Part shown: piece by piece, positions 9,626 through 19,078 of the stretch
Layout of the letters: each line of letters starts with the position of its first letter
How positions within the stretch are numbered: the stretch's first letter is position 1
DNA from: Candidatus Bilamarchaeaceae archaeon
Lineage (GTDB): Archaea; Micrarchaeota; Micrarchaeia; Anstonellales; Bilamarchaeaceae
DNA: 64,000 nucleotides
Reading direction: 5' to 3'
Assembly: GCA_038851325.1 (NCBI GenBank)
Contig: JAWCKZ010000001.1
Coordinates: 1-64,000, forward strand
The notes under the pieces: model-generated
The model's database searches: none
Told to the model about the DNA's origin: nothing
Seen by the model: the letters and a program-made list of their open reading frames with translations, nothing else
Program-made: the position numbers and the translations under genes

Positions 9626-9764
9626 GAAGCAGTTTTAGGCAGATGTATTTAAAAAATTGTCAGAAATGTGTTCGTGGCTTTTATCTGTTACATTATTGTT
9701 TTCATACATGCTCAATAATTTTTCAATCAATTAGTTTTTATTTACTTTCGGATTTACTAAAAAC

Positions 9765-10328
9765 ATGAAAAAGATTTATGTAACCCTAAACCAAGTTTCT
9801 TATGAGTTTAGAGAGGAATACGAAAACATAGAAGTGTTTTTGTACTCCTTTGTTGCTTTTATGATCCCGCTCATGTTCCCAAACCCGCAACTGCTTACTG
9901 GTACAATTGTAAACGCATTTCTCATAATGGCCGCGTTTCATTTTCGTGGTTGGAAGGTGCTACCGTTGGTTATGTTACCGGCCGTGGCTGCTGTGCTTAA
10001 TGGCGTTTTATTCGGCACGTCCACGATTTTTCTGCTCTACATAATGCCCATCATTTGGGTTGGAAATCTTACCCTCATTTATTTGATAAAGTATATACAC
10101 ATCACTAAGGGTGTGAATTATTTGATAGCCCTTGGTGCCTCTGCGCTTGCAAAATCGACCCTCCTTTTCGGAACAGCATTCCTTTTAGTGAACGCGAATG
10201 TCCTTCCCAGTATGTTTCTTACCGTTATGGGGGTAATGCAGTTAGTAACAGCTATAGCAGGAGGAATAATCGCATACGGACTGCGCTTTGCGTATTCCTA
10301 TTTATTGAATATTCATAGAAATTCGTAG
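9765..10328 (+). CDS. Integral membrane protein, ECF S-component-like
   Basis: About six TM helices; QLLTGTIVNA and QLVTAIAGG motifs. Confidence 0.65.
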   Translation: MKKIYVTLNQVSYEFREEYENIEVFLYSFVAFMIPLMFPNPQLLTGTIVNAFLIMAAFHFRGWKVLPLVMLPAVAAVLNGVLFGTSTIFLLYIMPIIWVGNLTLIYLIKYIHITKGVNYLIALGASALAKSTLLFGTAFLLVNANVLPSMFLTVMGVMQLVTAIAGGIIAYGLRFAYSYLLNIHRNS

Positions 10329-11405
10329 TCACCTGTTGAAGTAGATAAGCTCTTCAAGCTTTTCCCTTGGAAGCCTTCCAAGATATTCTTTTATGAGCTG
10401 CTGAACAGTAGGATTATCTATCGGTGTTCTCTCCTTTATGCCATCTGCAAGCTGTCTTAACGCCCTTCCTCTTGCAATAATTGTTTCTTTTGGCGCGACG
10501 GGCTGGCCAGGTCCACCGACGCAACCAAAAGGGCACATCATTACCTCGATAAGATGATAGCTTTCCCCTCTCTTCATCTCATTGTATAGTTTTTCAAAGT
10601 TTGGCAAGCCATGTACTATTGCAAGGTTTAGTACATGCTCCCCTATCTTAACTTTCTTTTTCCTTATGCCTTCATCCTCCCTGAAAATGAGCACTTCCTT
10701 TTTTTCACCATAAAGCTGCGCAAGGGTAGTAACAATAGCCTCGGTCATCCCACCCGTAACTCCGAATATTACACCATCCTTTGAACTTGTTGGCATGAGA
10801 GGATCTAGCGGCCCATCTGGCATTTCTTTCAAATCGAATTTCTTTTTCTTTGCCCATTCAGCGAGCTCCACAGTAGTAACAACGTAATCGATATACTTGC
10901 GACCATTCTTCATCACCTCAAGTGTCTCATATTTTTTCAGTGCGCATGGCATTATACCAACTACGCAGATGTTTTCAACATCGGTCTTCAGTTTATACCC
11001 AAGATAGTGTTTGGAAACCGCTCCTATCGTCATCTGAGGCGAGGCGATTATTGTTATGTTGTTAAGCAGCTCAGGATGTTTATGAGAGGCGTAGATCCTC
11101 CACCCGACACAGCATGAGTTGAATATTGGAAATCTTCCTTCTCCGCTATCGAGCATTTTCTTTATGTCTTCTGCTTCGTAGTAAGTCGCTATATCAGCTC
11201 CCAACGGAGTATCAATTACGTGGTGAAAGCCGAGTCTTTTTAGAAGGGAAACTGTTTTACCGAGAACGTTCGTCCCAGCAGGAAAGCCAAACAACTCACC
11301 AAGGGCTACTCGAACAGCAGGTGCAATCTCTGCGACAAGGATTTTTCCTGACTTCATCTCCTCCTCGAGCTTCGAAAAGAGCGCATCTCCAGAAAGGAAT
11401 TCCAT
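10329..11405 (-). CDS. hydA: Minimal [FeFe]-hydrogenase (H-cluster domain only)
   Basis: P1 FNSCCVGW, P2 MPCALKKYE, P3 EVMMCPFGCVGGPGQP; no N-terminal ferredoxin domain. Confidence 0.9.
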   Translation of the reverse strand: MEFLSGDALFSKLEEEMKSGKILVAEIAPAVRVALGELFGFPAGTNVLGKTVSLLKRLGFHHVIDTPLGADIATYYEAEDIKKMLDSGEGRFPIFNSCCVGWRIYASHKHPELLNNITIIASPQMTIGAVSKHYLGYKLKTDVENICVVGIMPCALKKYETLEVMKNGRKYIDYVVTTVELAEWAKKKKFDLKEMPDGPLDPLMPTSSKDGVIFGVTGGMTEAIVTTLAQLYGEKKEVLIFREDEGIRKKKVKIGEHVLNLAIVHGLPNFEKLYNEMKRGESYHLIEVMMCPFGCVGGPGQPVAPKETIIARGRALRQLADGIKERTPIDNPTVQQLIKEYLGRLPREKLEELIYFNR

Positions 11406-11409
11406 GAAA

Positions 11410-12288
11410 TCACATGCTTCTGAGGCGCTTTATTCTATCATCAAGCGGAGGATGAGTCGCAAACAGCCCTTCTGCCTTTGCAAACGGGTTCGAAATATAA
11501 AGCGGTGCTGTTGTCTCGTTCGCGTTCGCCATAGGCATCGCAAGCTTCTTTATCTTCTCAAGTGCGCTTGCAAGGCCAAGAGGGTAACGCGTAAGTTTTG
11601 CAGCATTCGCATCAGCGAGATACTCTCTCTGTCTAGAAATAGCAAGCCTCACAAGAGTCGCAAAAATCGGAGCAAGAACCATGAAAAGAAGGCCTAACAA
11701 AAGAAGTGCACCGCTCCTCCGTTCTCTGCGAGCTGAACCTCCCCACAGAAAAGAGCGGATTGCAATTTCTGAGATAAGACCTATCGCTCCGACCAGCACA
11801 ACCGCCAGCGTCATAAATCTTATATCATAGTTTGCGATATGGGATATCTCATGAGCGAGCACACCCTCAAGCTCCTCGCGGTTCATGGTTTCAAGAAGAC
11901 CTCTTGTAACTGCGATAGCAGCATGCTTCGGATCACGTCCTGTTGCAAACGCATTCGGAGATGGATCATCTATGAGATAAATCTTTGGCACCGGAATGCC
12001 TGCGGCAAGCGCCAGCCCCTCCGTAACATTGTAAACAAAAGGGTATTCCTCGCGCGTTATTGGCTTTGCTCTTGAAAATGCTAGCACAACCCTATCTCCT
12101 GCGAAATAAGCTGTCAATCCATAAAATATAAGTCCAACAAATCCTAAGAAATAACCGCATTCTCCCCATTCAAAAATCTCTGAAAGAATCCAAATAAGGA
12201 CAAGGAAAATACCCATTATAAGAAAAAGGAGGAGAATAGAATTCCTTTTGTTCTCCCCTACCGCATCGAATATGTTTACTCTCTCCAT
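11410..12288 (-). CDS. htpX: Zn-dependent membrane protease HtpX (M48)
   Basis: PNAFATG, HEISH, SRQREYLAD, THPP motifs. Confidence 0.95.
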   Translation of the reverse strand: MERVNIFDAVGENKRNSILLLFLIMGIFLVLIWILSEIFEWGECGYFLGFVGLIFYGLTAYFAGDRVVLAFSRAKPITREEYPFVYNVTEGLALAAGIPVPKIYLIDDPSPNAFATGRDPKHAAIAVTRGLLETMNREELEGVLAHEISHIANYDIRFMTLAVVLVGAIGLISEIAIRSFLWGGSARRERRSGALLLLGLLFMVLAPIFATLVRLAISRQREYLADANAAKLTRYPLGLASALEKIKKLAMPMANANETTAPLYISNPFAKAEGLFATHPPLDDRIKRLRSM

Positions 12289-12289
12289 C

Positions 12290-12856
12290 TTAGAACTTCA
12301 CCTTTACAGCTTCTCTCTCAGCACCAGCGGCCTCAAAGAACTGCTCGTGTTTAAAACCAAACAGTCCGGCTATAATGTTACTTGGGAAGACGTCGCATGC
12401 GGTATTAAACTCATAAACAGCATCATTATATGCGGTTCTTATGTAGGCAATCTTGTTCTCCGTCCCCGCAAGCTCTTCTTGAAGAAGCTTGAAGTTTTCA
12501 TTTGCTTTCAGATTAGGATAGTTTTCAGCAACCGCAAAGAGAGACTTCAAAGCTTGCGTGAGCATAGTATCGGCCTTTGCCCTTTCCCCCACGCTTCCAG
12601 TAACGAGTTGCGCGCGATATTTTGTAATCTCCGTAAGCGTTTCTCTCTCGTGCTTCATGTACCCCTTAACAGTCTCGATAAGGTTCGGAATAAGGTCGTA
12701 CCTTCTCTTCAGTTGGACGTCTATCTGCGCCCACGCATTTCTTACGCGATTTCTAAGAGTTATCAGCCTGTTGTATATAAGTACTACCCCCAATAGAACA
12801 AACGCTATTACAAGCACGAGCGCAAGCCCAATACAACTAAGGTTAAGCACATCCAT
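12290..12856 (-). CDS. lemA: LemA family protein
   Basis: IDVQLKRRYDLIPNL and AENYPNLKAN; start at 12856 after GGTGA. Confidence 0.95.
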   Translation of the reverse strand: MDVLNLSCIGLALVLVIAFVLLGVVLIYNRLITLRNRVRNAWAQIDVQLKRRYDLIPNLIETVKGYMKHERETLTEITKYRAQLVTGSVGERAKADTMLTQALKSLFAVAENYPNLKANENFKLLQEELAGTENKIAYIRTAYNDAVYEFNTACDVFPSNIIAGLFGFKHEQFFEAAGAEREAVKVKF

Positions 12857-12914
12857 ATTCTCACCAACTAAAATTTCTGAAAAAAGATTAAAATATGTAT
12901 CGATTAACCCTTGT

Positions 12915-13430
12915 TCATTCAGACGTGTAGGATACACCATACAAGAAAAGCACTATCATAATGAGTACACCAAGCAGCAACGGAGGTAAAACAGCCACAA
13001 CAATTGCGCGCGCTCCGCTTAGTCTGAACACTCCTTTAACACCAACAAAGATATTCGCAAGTGTCACAAGCAAGGCAAAATACCCTATTGCGGGTACCCA
13101 ACCAAAAAGATAAAAAGGAGTGAACGCATGCGCAATCATGTTAAATGCGCTTTTTAGCGTTCCCTCGCCACCGAAGAACCAAACAAGTATGCGTGCAAGC
13201 ACAGCGTACACAAAAAACATGATAAAAAGAGTTGCTGCCACAAAAACCGTAATGAGAGTAACCCCTACAAAATCTGCTTCTTCAGAGAAAAACAAGAATT
13301 TTCCGAAGACATAAAAGAATGCTCCAATGAGAAGATAGATCAATAAATCTGCTGAGGAAACATCTTTGACCTTTTCGAAATTTTCTTCACTAGGCCAAAG
13401 AAAAGATGGAATCTTTAGCCATGGGTTCAT
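12915..13430 (-). CDS. Yip1-domain membrane protein
   Basis: Five TM segments; P..F motif near N-terminus; FGGEG motif; start uncertain (13430 or 13460). Confidence 0.7.
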   Translation of the reverse strand: MNPWLKIPSFLWPSEENFEKVKDVSSADLLIYLLIGAFFYVFGKFLFFSEEADFVGVTLITVFVAATLFIMFFVYAVLARILVWFFGGEGTLKSAFNMIAHAFTPFYLFGWVPAIGYFALLVTLANIFVGVKGVFRLSGARAIVVAVLPPLLLGVLIMIVLFLYGVSYTSE

Positions 13431-13747
13431 CACACCAGCCGCGTTCCGCAAATTGGGCAAACACTGAAGAACTTAGTGCTTTCGTACCCGCACACCCAAC
13501 ATCGGTAGCCGAATGAGGGTGCCCCACCAATTAACCCTGCGCCGCATTTCTCGCAACGTGGTGCGTCAAGCCGGTTTAGATTTTCACATTTGCTGCACCG
13601 CAGCTTGACAGCACGGATTACACGAAGTCCGCACTCTGGGCAAATCTCATCTGTGCTCGAAACCATGGTGCCGCAGTACGGACATTTAAATGAGTAAGCA
13701 TTTCTTTTAGGCTTCCATAACCTGTTCAGAAAATCAAAAAATCCCAT
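13430..13747 (-). CDS. Multi zinc-ribbon protein
   Basis: Six CxxC motifs. Confidence 0.8.
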   Translation of the reverse strand: MGFFDFLNRLWKPKRNAYSFKCPYCGTMVSSTDEICPECGLRVIRAVKLRCSKCENLNRLDAPRCEKCGAGLIGGAPSFGYRCWVCGYESTKFFSVCPICGTRLV

Positions 13748-13833
13748 GCAGTGGTATCTCCAGTTAGAATTATAATCGTTTCTTTAAAGGAGAGTCAGTG
13801 TTGCACGCTTTCACGTTTGTGAATTTCTCCAAT

Positions 13834-14637
13834 TTACCAGCAGTGCTCACGCAGAGTAGAATTCGCCTGCACGCGCAAGTAATTTACACGAACAGAAGTC
13901 AATCTAAGCGTGGTTATCTCCTCACCTGTGTCAAACCAGAAAAACTCGCCGGTCTTCATGTTGCAGAGTGCATACTTTGTATCGCCTTCTCTACAAAATA
14001 CAAAAAATCCGTGCTTCGCATCGTGCAGAATTTTTTTGCCAGGTTGCGCCTCGCTATCAAACATTATATCAACAATGTATGGATAGTAATCGAAGGTGAA
14101 TAAACGCGCACCTTTTTCGCCGAAGACTACGAGTGCTGATAGCTCTTTATCAAACTCAGCTCCATGAACCTTTCCTATCGGTCTCTCACCTGGCAGGTTG
14201 TGGTTCAGCGATCCAATCGCCCAAACAAAAAAACCATCACCCTCAGCACTTGCTTTGAAGAGCTGTTCCGGGCTGCGCTGATGCATGATAAGCAGATCTG
14301 AGACAAGTACTGTGTGTTTGTCGGAGCAAAATAGATATTTCCACTCGATATCTTTCGGTGTGCGTATCTGCTCGAACCTTCCGTCTATCACTATGCGTAG
14401 ATAGTTATCAACCAGAACACATTTTCCTCCAGACCAACTATCCTCGAGCGGCTCGCGCTCTTTTTCTTTTTTCTCCTCAATCTTATTTTCAGTAATTGGT
14501 TCCTTCTTTTGGATAGCCTGAACGCTGAGCTGCTCAACGCGCGGTCTATTTGACTGTGCGGCGCACTGGCAAAAAAGCAACGACGTCAATGCTACAGTGC
14601 CTGCTGCCTGCAGCAGTCTACTTCTTCGCGACAACAT
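13834..14637 (-). CDS. Hypothetical exported protein (twin-Arg-like signal, possible lipoprotein)
   Basis: MLSRRSRLL followed by a hydrophobic stretch and Cys. Confidence 0.6.
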   Translation of the reverse strand: MLSRRSRLLQAAGTVALTSLLFCQCAAQSNRPRVEQLSVQAIQKKEPITENKIEEKKEKEREPLEDSWSGGKCVLVDNYLRIVIDGRFEQIRTPKDIEWKYLFCSDKHTVLVSDLLIMHQRSPEQLFKASAEGDGFFVWAIGSLNHNLPGERPIGKVHGAEFDKELSALVVFGEKGARLFTFDYYPYIVDIMFDSEAQPGKKILHDAKHGFFVFCREGDTKYALCNMKTGEFFWFDTGEEITTLRLTSVRVNYLRVQANSTLREHCW

Positions 14638-15448
14638 TTCCTTCCATCTCCATCGTAGCAGCTATCCACGTAATGCCGATTATTTTTGTGCCTGGATTTC
14701 TGAACATTAAAGCAGCACCAGGCACCTCATCCTTTGGATAAAGATCTGCAGACGTGAAAAGCTTGTATTTTTCAGAGTTCTCGATAAGAAACTTCTTGCT
14801 CCTTGATGGGTCTGTGAGCGCATCTGATTCTTTGTTCGTTAACCCTTCTGGGAAGTATAGATAGCCGTCCTTTTTTTCTTCTCTAACCTCGTAGACAATG
14901 TAGTATTTTTTATTTCTCTCTCTTTGGCGCGCCTCGACTACTCCCTCCACCTCATCTACTATTTGAAGATTTTTTCTGTATTTTTCGATGAGGTATGGTA
15001 ATGTCGGGGTGGCAGGGCTTCCTGGAGATGTGAATAAGAATTCCATATTGCGTTCCTTCATCCATGTTTCACTAAATTTCAGTGTTATTTCTTTATCATC
15101 CACTCTCATAGATATGACAGTTCTATTTGCGAGCATACGTGCAATCTCATTCACAAGTTCCTCTTTAATATTCTTTCTTTCGGCATCGAAATCGATTGCC
15201 GCGCCACCAGCCTTAATCTCGGCCCATTTATACGGCTGAAAAGCATCTGCTTTTCCTTTCAACCAGTACTCCTTCATTATATGCTCGTATTTTTTGATTA
15301 TCTCATTAGCTAAGTTCTTTCCCAGCTTAGTTGTAAGTTCTTTCTTTATCGTCTCCATCATTCGTTTGTGTGCTGCTTCCCTCTCTTTTTTCGTCGCCAT
15401 TTCCTCAACGGCTTTGATCTCTTTTGGTAGACCAACAACGACAGGCAT
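14618..15448 (-). CDS. Hypothetical protein
   Basis: Long Lys/Glu-rich ORF with GGTGG RBS; overlaps the next gene. Confidence 0.65.
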   Translation of the reverse strand: MPVVVGLPKEIKAVEEMATKKEREAAHKRMMETIKKELTTKLGKNLANEIIKKYEHIMKEYWLKGKADAFQPYKWAEIKAGGAAIDFDAERKNIKEELVNEIARMLANRTVISMRVDDKEITLKFSETWMKERNMEFLFTSPGSPATPTLPYLIEKYRKNLQIVDEVEGVVEARQRERNKKYYIVYEVREEKKDGYLYFPEGLTNKESDALTDPSRSKKFLIENSEKYKLFTSADLYPKDEVPGAALMFRNPGTKIIGITWIAATMEMEGNVVAKK

Positions 15449-15759
15449 GTACATCCACCCCAGAACACACTTATTCATAAATCATCATATATTGTAAATA
15501 TAAATATATTACGCAAAACATATATAAACTCTTACGAAAAGGAAAACAGGCGAAAGCAACAAGAAGAGGAATTATCCTAATTTTGTTCACACATTCACAG
15601 CGCTATTGGTCGTTATTAGTGAGTTTAATCTTACGTCATCGCGGTATCAAAAGCGAGAAAACCAATATCTTTATAAACTTTAAACTACATCAAGACGAGG
15701 TGTAAAGGTGAGCAGTGAAGGATTAAGGTTCACCGCTTCCCTTTCAAGAAGGTGATCAA

Positions 15760-16017
15760 ATGGTTAAATACCTAGTAGCGAGACAGCTATCTGGAAGAAA
15801 AATCATAACGAATGAAGGTGAAGAATTTGGAAGACTTATAGATATGAATGTAAATGAAGTTACGGGAAAGATAGAAAGCCTGATAGCAGAACCAAATCCT
15901 GACAACGAAACGGCAACAAGATTAAAAAAAGAAGACGGACTCGTGTACATCGCTTATGATGCTGTTCTCGCTGTTGGAGATTATATCATAATTGACAAGA
16001 GAAATGTAGGTTATTGA
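15760..16017 (+). CDS. PRC-barrel domain protein
   Basis: LSGRKIITNEGEEFG … VLAVGDYIII. Confidence 0.9.
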   Translation: MVKYLVARQLSGRKIITNEGEEFGRLIDMNVNEVTGKIESLIAEPNPDNETATRLKKEDGLVYIAYDAVLAVGDYIIIDKRNVGY

Positions 16018-16049
16018 TTTTAAAAGCTCTTATTTTTATATTTATTTTT

Positions 16050-16691
16050 ATGTCTTCGACTTATGTTGCAGGTATAGATGAAGCAGGCCGCGGTGCAGTT
16101 ATAGGTCCGCTGGTTATATGTTGCGCGCTTTGTAATCGCAGAAATGAAAAAAGATTAAGGCAACTATGCAAAAAAGATTCCAAAAAACTTACTCCCGCGC
16201 AGAGAGAAAAAACTTTAAAGGAACTGAAGGAATTCTGCGAATTCAAATGGATCGAAGTAAGCGCTGCGGATATAAACAAACTTATGGAGAAGATGAATCT
16301 CAACGACATAGAAGCGCTGGCCATGGCCTCTCTTGCAAAGCAGATAAAAAGCGCGGATATAATGATCGATATGCCTGATAGATACAGCAGAACATTTAAT
16401 AGCAGAATGAAAAAATTTGGTTGCGAGCGGTTCGAAGCGGAGCACAAGGCGGATGAGAAGTATCCTATAGTTGCTGCAGCCTCGATTTGCGCGAAGGTAA
16501 TACGCGATGAGAAAATCGAAAAAATAAAAAAAGAACTTGCGGTTGAATTTGGAAGCGGTTATCCGGGGGATGATGAAACTCGTAAGGCGCTGCGAAATAA
16601 AGAAACCCGCGCTAAACTTACACCAGTTATACGTCAAAAATGGAAAACGCTTGAGAGCATAAAACAAAGAAAACTTTTTGAATCTGAATAG
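16050..16691 (+). CDS. rnhB: Ribonuclease HII
   Basis: GIDEAGRG, KDSKKL, VAAASICAKVIRD, GSGYP. Confidence 0.95.
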   Translation: MSSTYVAGIDEAGRGAVIGPLVICCALCNRRNEKRLRQLCKKDSKKLTPAQREKTLKELKEFCEFKWIEVSAADINKLMEKMNLNDIEALAMASLAKQIKSADIMIDMPDRYSRTFNSRMKKFGCERFEAEHKADEKYPIVAAASICAKVIRDEKIEKIKKELAVEFGSGYPGDDETRKALRNKETRAKLTPVIRQKWKTLESIKQRKLFESE

Positions 16692-16744
16692 TATCTGAAT
16701 AAGAATAATTGGTATGCTGCCTCATTACTCAAAGGTGAAGCGTT

Positions 16745-17920
16745 ATGATAAAGCTTGAACTTGATAGGAAAAAGGATGAAGTGTGGGTTAGAGAACCGGC
16801 AGATGTCACCTCATTGCAGAATGGTTTTTATGGAACAATGAAACGTGGTGAAATACTGCTAGCTCCAGAAGAAGTTCTCTATGTTATGGACATAAGAAAT
16901 GGTAAATGTTACGATGAAGTTGGAAATATTTATACCTTTAACGAAGTCGCAGAAAGGTATATAAAAAATAAAAAATTCCTGGCGAGGTATCTTACGTATA
17001 AGGATTGGAGAGATAAGGGGCTCATTGCAAGATACGCAAACGAGGCAAAGGGTGCCTACGGAAGAAGCACTGTCAAAAAATACAAATCAGAGAAACTTCA
17101 GCTTAACATTTTCTCTATCAGTGGCATATTCTTCAGCGATGACCTCCTGACTATTGTTGATGATGAAACTGCAGGAAAGGAGCTCTATGAAAGATATTGG
17201 TTGGGTCAGTTTGGAACATACAAAGCGGCACACAGGGGTAAGATATCAAAACTCGATATATTTGAAACTGTTTTTCTGCTTAAGCGAGGCGTGATGAAAC
17301 TAAAGAATGCAACCCTCGAAGACGTTGAGAAAACAGCCAGAGAGAGGATAAAGTATTTTGATGACATGTATGCTGTCTACGAAGACTGGAGAGCGCGCGG
17401 GTATGTCGTTAAAACAGGATTTAAGTTTGGCACTCATTTCAGAATCTACTTCCCTGGAGCCTCTCCTGTGAAGGAGGGTGATGAATGGGTTCACTCAAAA
17501 CATGTCATTCACGTTTTCTCAAGACGAAACAAACTTCTTATCTCGGAGTGGGCACGCGCCATCCGCGTTGCACATAGCGTAAAGAAAACATTCATTCTCG
17601 CGATTCCTGGAAAGAAAACAGAGATAAAGATAAATCCAAAGAAACCGAGACTTGACTTCCTTCTCTATCACAGAAAAAAGGATGGAATAGAAACGCCCAA
17701 AACAGGCGCGCCGCGCTATCTGATGTACTCTCTCACAGAGGACGAATACATCGGTGGAGAGGAACTCTCAAAGGCGCTTGCTGAATGCAAGCACTTCGGG
17801 CTTGAAATGCTCATGGCAATAAGCGACCGGGAATCAAGCGTCACTTATTATCTCATAAAGGAAATTGAACTGCTTGGAAGCAACTACGATTACTATGAAA
17901 TAGAATGGACACAACCATAG
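16745..17920 (+). CDS. endA: tRNA splicing endonuclease, three-unit epsilon2 type
   Basis: 391 aa; two D(W)RxxG units; KTGFKFGTHFRIY catalytic unit; RVAHSVKK; GQFGTYK loop with Lys160 resembling the ARMAN-specific loop. Confidence 0.9.
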   Translation: MIKLELDRKKDEVWVREPADVTSLQNGFYGTMKRGEILLAPEEVLYVMDIRNGKCYDEVGNIYTFNEVAERYIKNKKFLARYLTYKDWRDKGLIARYANEAKGAYGRSTVKKYKSEKLQLNIFSISGIFFSDDLLTIVDDETAGKELYERYWLGQFGTYKAAHRGKISKLDIFETVFLLKRGVMKLKNATLEDVEKTARERIKYFDDMYAVYEDWRARGYVVKTGFKFGTHFRIYFPGASPVKEGDEWVHSKHVIHVFSRRNKLLISEWARAIRVAHSVKKTFILAIPGKKTEIKINPKKPRLDFLLYHRKKDGIETPKTGAPRYLMYSLTEDEYIGGEELSKALAECKHFGLEMLMAISDRESSVTYYLIKEIELLGSNYDYYEIEWTQP

Positions 17921-17979
17921 CACAGATTTTTAAATAGAAACAAATAGAAACAGATATAATAAGCAGGAGGCGGGTTTAT

Positions 17980-18621
17980 ATGTGTGAAAACAGAATAATG
18001 CTCGTTTTACTCCTTTTGGCAAGCGTTTACAGTGCACTGTGGATATCTGGAGATGCTGGAGAGCAGTGGTCAAAAGAGAAGGCAGAAGAGATGTGCTCAA
18101 GGAACGATGTTGCAGCGGTCTACATCTGCCTTGGAAACGTCGTCAACGTTGTCTGGAAGGATACAAAAAAAGGAAGCACGTTTTACAAACCTGATGGTAG
18201 AATCGTAGAATGCCCTCCGTTAACACCTGCAGAGATGGGCGCAGAGTGCATGCAACTCATGATGCCAAACTACTGCACCCTTGATGATAATGTTTGTGGT
18301 GAAGCACCACCTGAGGAATTCCCAGGTGGGAAAACTGAGGGGGAAATAATATACGAAGGCACACCGCAAAAACCGTCAGAAAAAATAACACCAATGGTTG
18401 AGGTAGAGGAGCGTCCTCCTCAACAAGAAAGCCAGCCTCCGAGTAAAGCACCTAAGCAAGAAGGACCTATAGTTGTCCCATTTGCTGGTTCGAACGTGAC
18501 ACCAAAAACAACCGCAACGGAAGGACAAGTATTTGATGCGCTTGCACTTGGCGTGATTGCGCTTGCAATAATTGCTATCGTTCTTTTATATCTCGCATTT
18601 AAAAGAATGACGCCGCACTAA
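17980..18621 (+). CDS. Secreted, C-terminally anchored Cys-containing protein with Pro-rich linker
   Basis: Signal peptide, six Cys in the mature region, C-terminal TM helix. Confidence 0.7.
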   Translation: MCENRIMLVLLLLASVYSALWISGDAGEQWSKEKAEEMCSRNDVAAVYICLGNVVNVVWKDTKKGSTFYKPDGRIVECPPLTPAEMGAECMQLMMPNYCTLDDNVCGEAPPEEFPGGKTEGEIIYEGTPQKPSEKITPMVEVEERPPQQESQPPSKAPKQEGPIVVPFAGSNVTPKTTATEGQVFDALALGVIALAIIAIVLLYLAFKRMTPH

Positions 18622-18630
18622 ATATTTTGG

Positions 18631-19077
18631 CTATCGCTCTTCCGATAGCTTTCCAACAGCCATACCACGTATCAAAAGATGCTTGCGCCTCTCTCTTTCA
18701 TTCTGCCCCAGAGCCAGCTTCTCTATTTGCCTAAGACGATTTGCGTAATGACGGTAAGCCTTTACAGCGGCAGCGTAGGCATCCCTTATGTGCGGGTCAA
18801 CTATCCCCTTCCCTATTCTCTTTTTTTCCTCTAAAGATATAACGCGACCAGGAAGAAAAAGTGGAACGGAAAATCTTGCGGCTATCTTATCTACAAATGA
18901 TGGCGCCGGATTAACATCTGTTGCTATGACAGATGGTGTTCCAAAACCAGATATTATCTTTACTATTCTTTCATGGCTTGCGCCCCTCTCAACGCCTACA
19001 GCCACTAGCCCCCCTTTCAGGTTTAATATCGCATAACCTGTCTTTATGCCAGCGTCCACACCAACAATTATATACAA
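18631..19077 (-). CDS. DUF460 family protein (RNase H-like fold)
   Basis: IVGVDAG, IATDVNPAP, H.RDAYAAA. Confidence 0.85.
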   Translation of the reverse strand: MYIIVGVDAGIKTGYAILNLKGGLVAVGVERGASHERIVKIISGFGTPSVIATDVNPAPSFVDKIAARFSVPLFLPGRVISLEEKKRIGKGIVDPHIRDAYAAAVKAYRHYANRLRQIEKLALGQNERERRKHLLIRGMAVGKLSEER

Positions 19078-19078
19078 C

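Noticed and set aside
15526..15535. Third IS66 end (AAACTCTTAC)
   Set aside because: Only a 10-nt match in AT-rich promoter DNA, with no partner repeat or target duplication.
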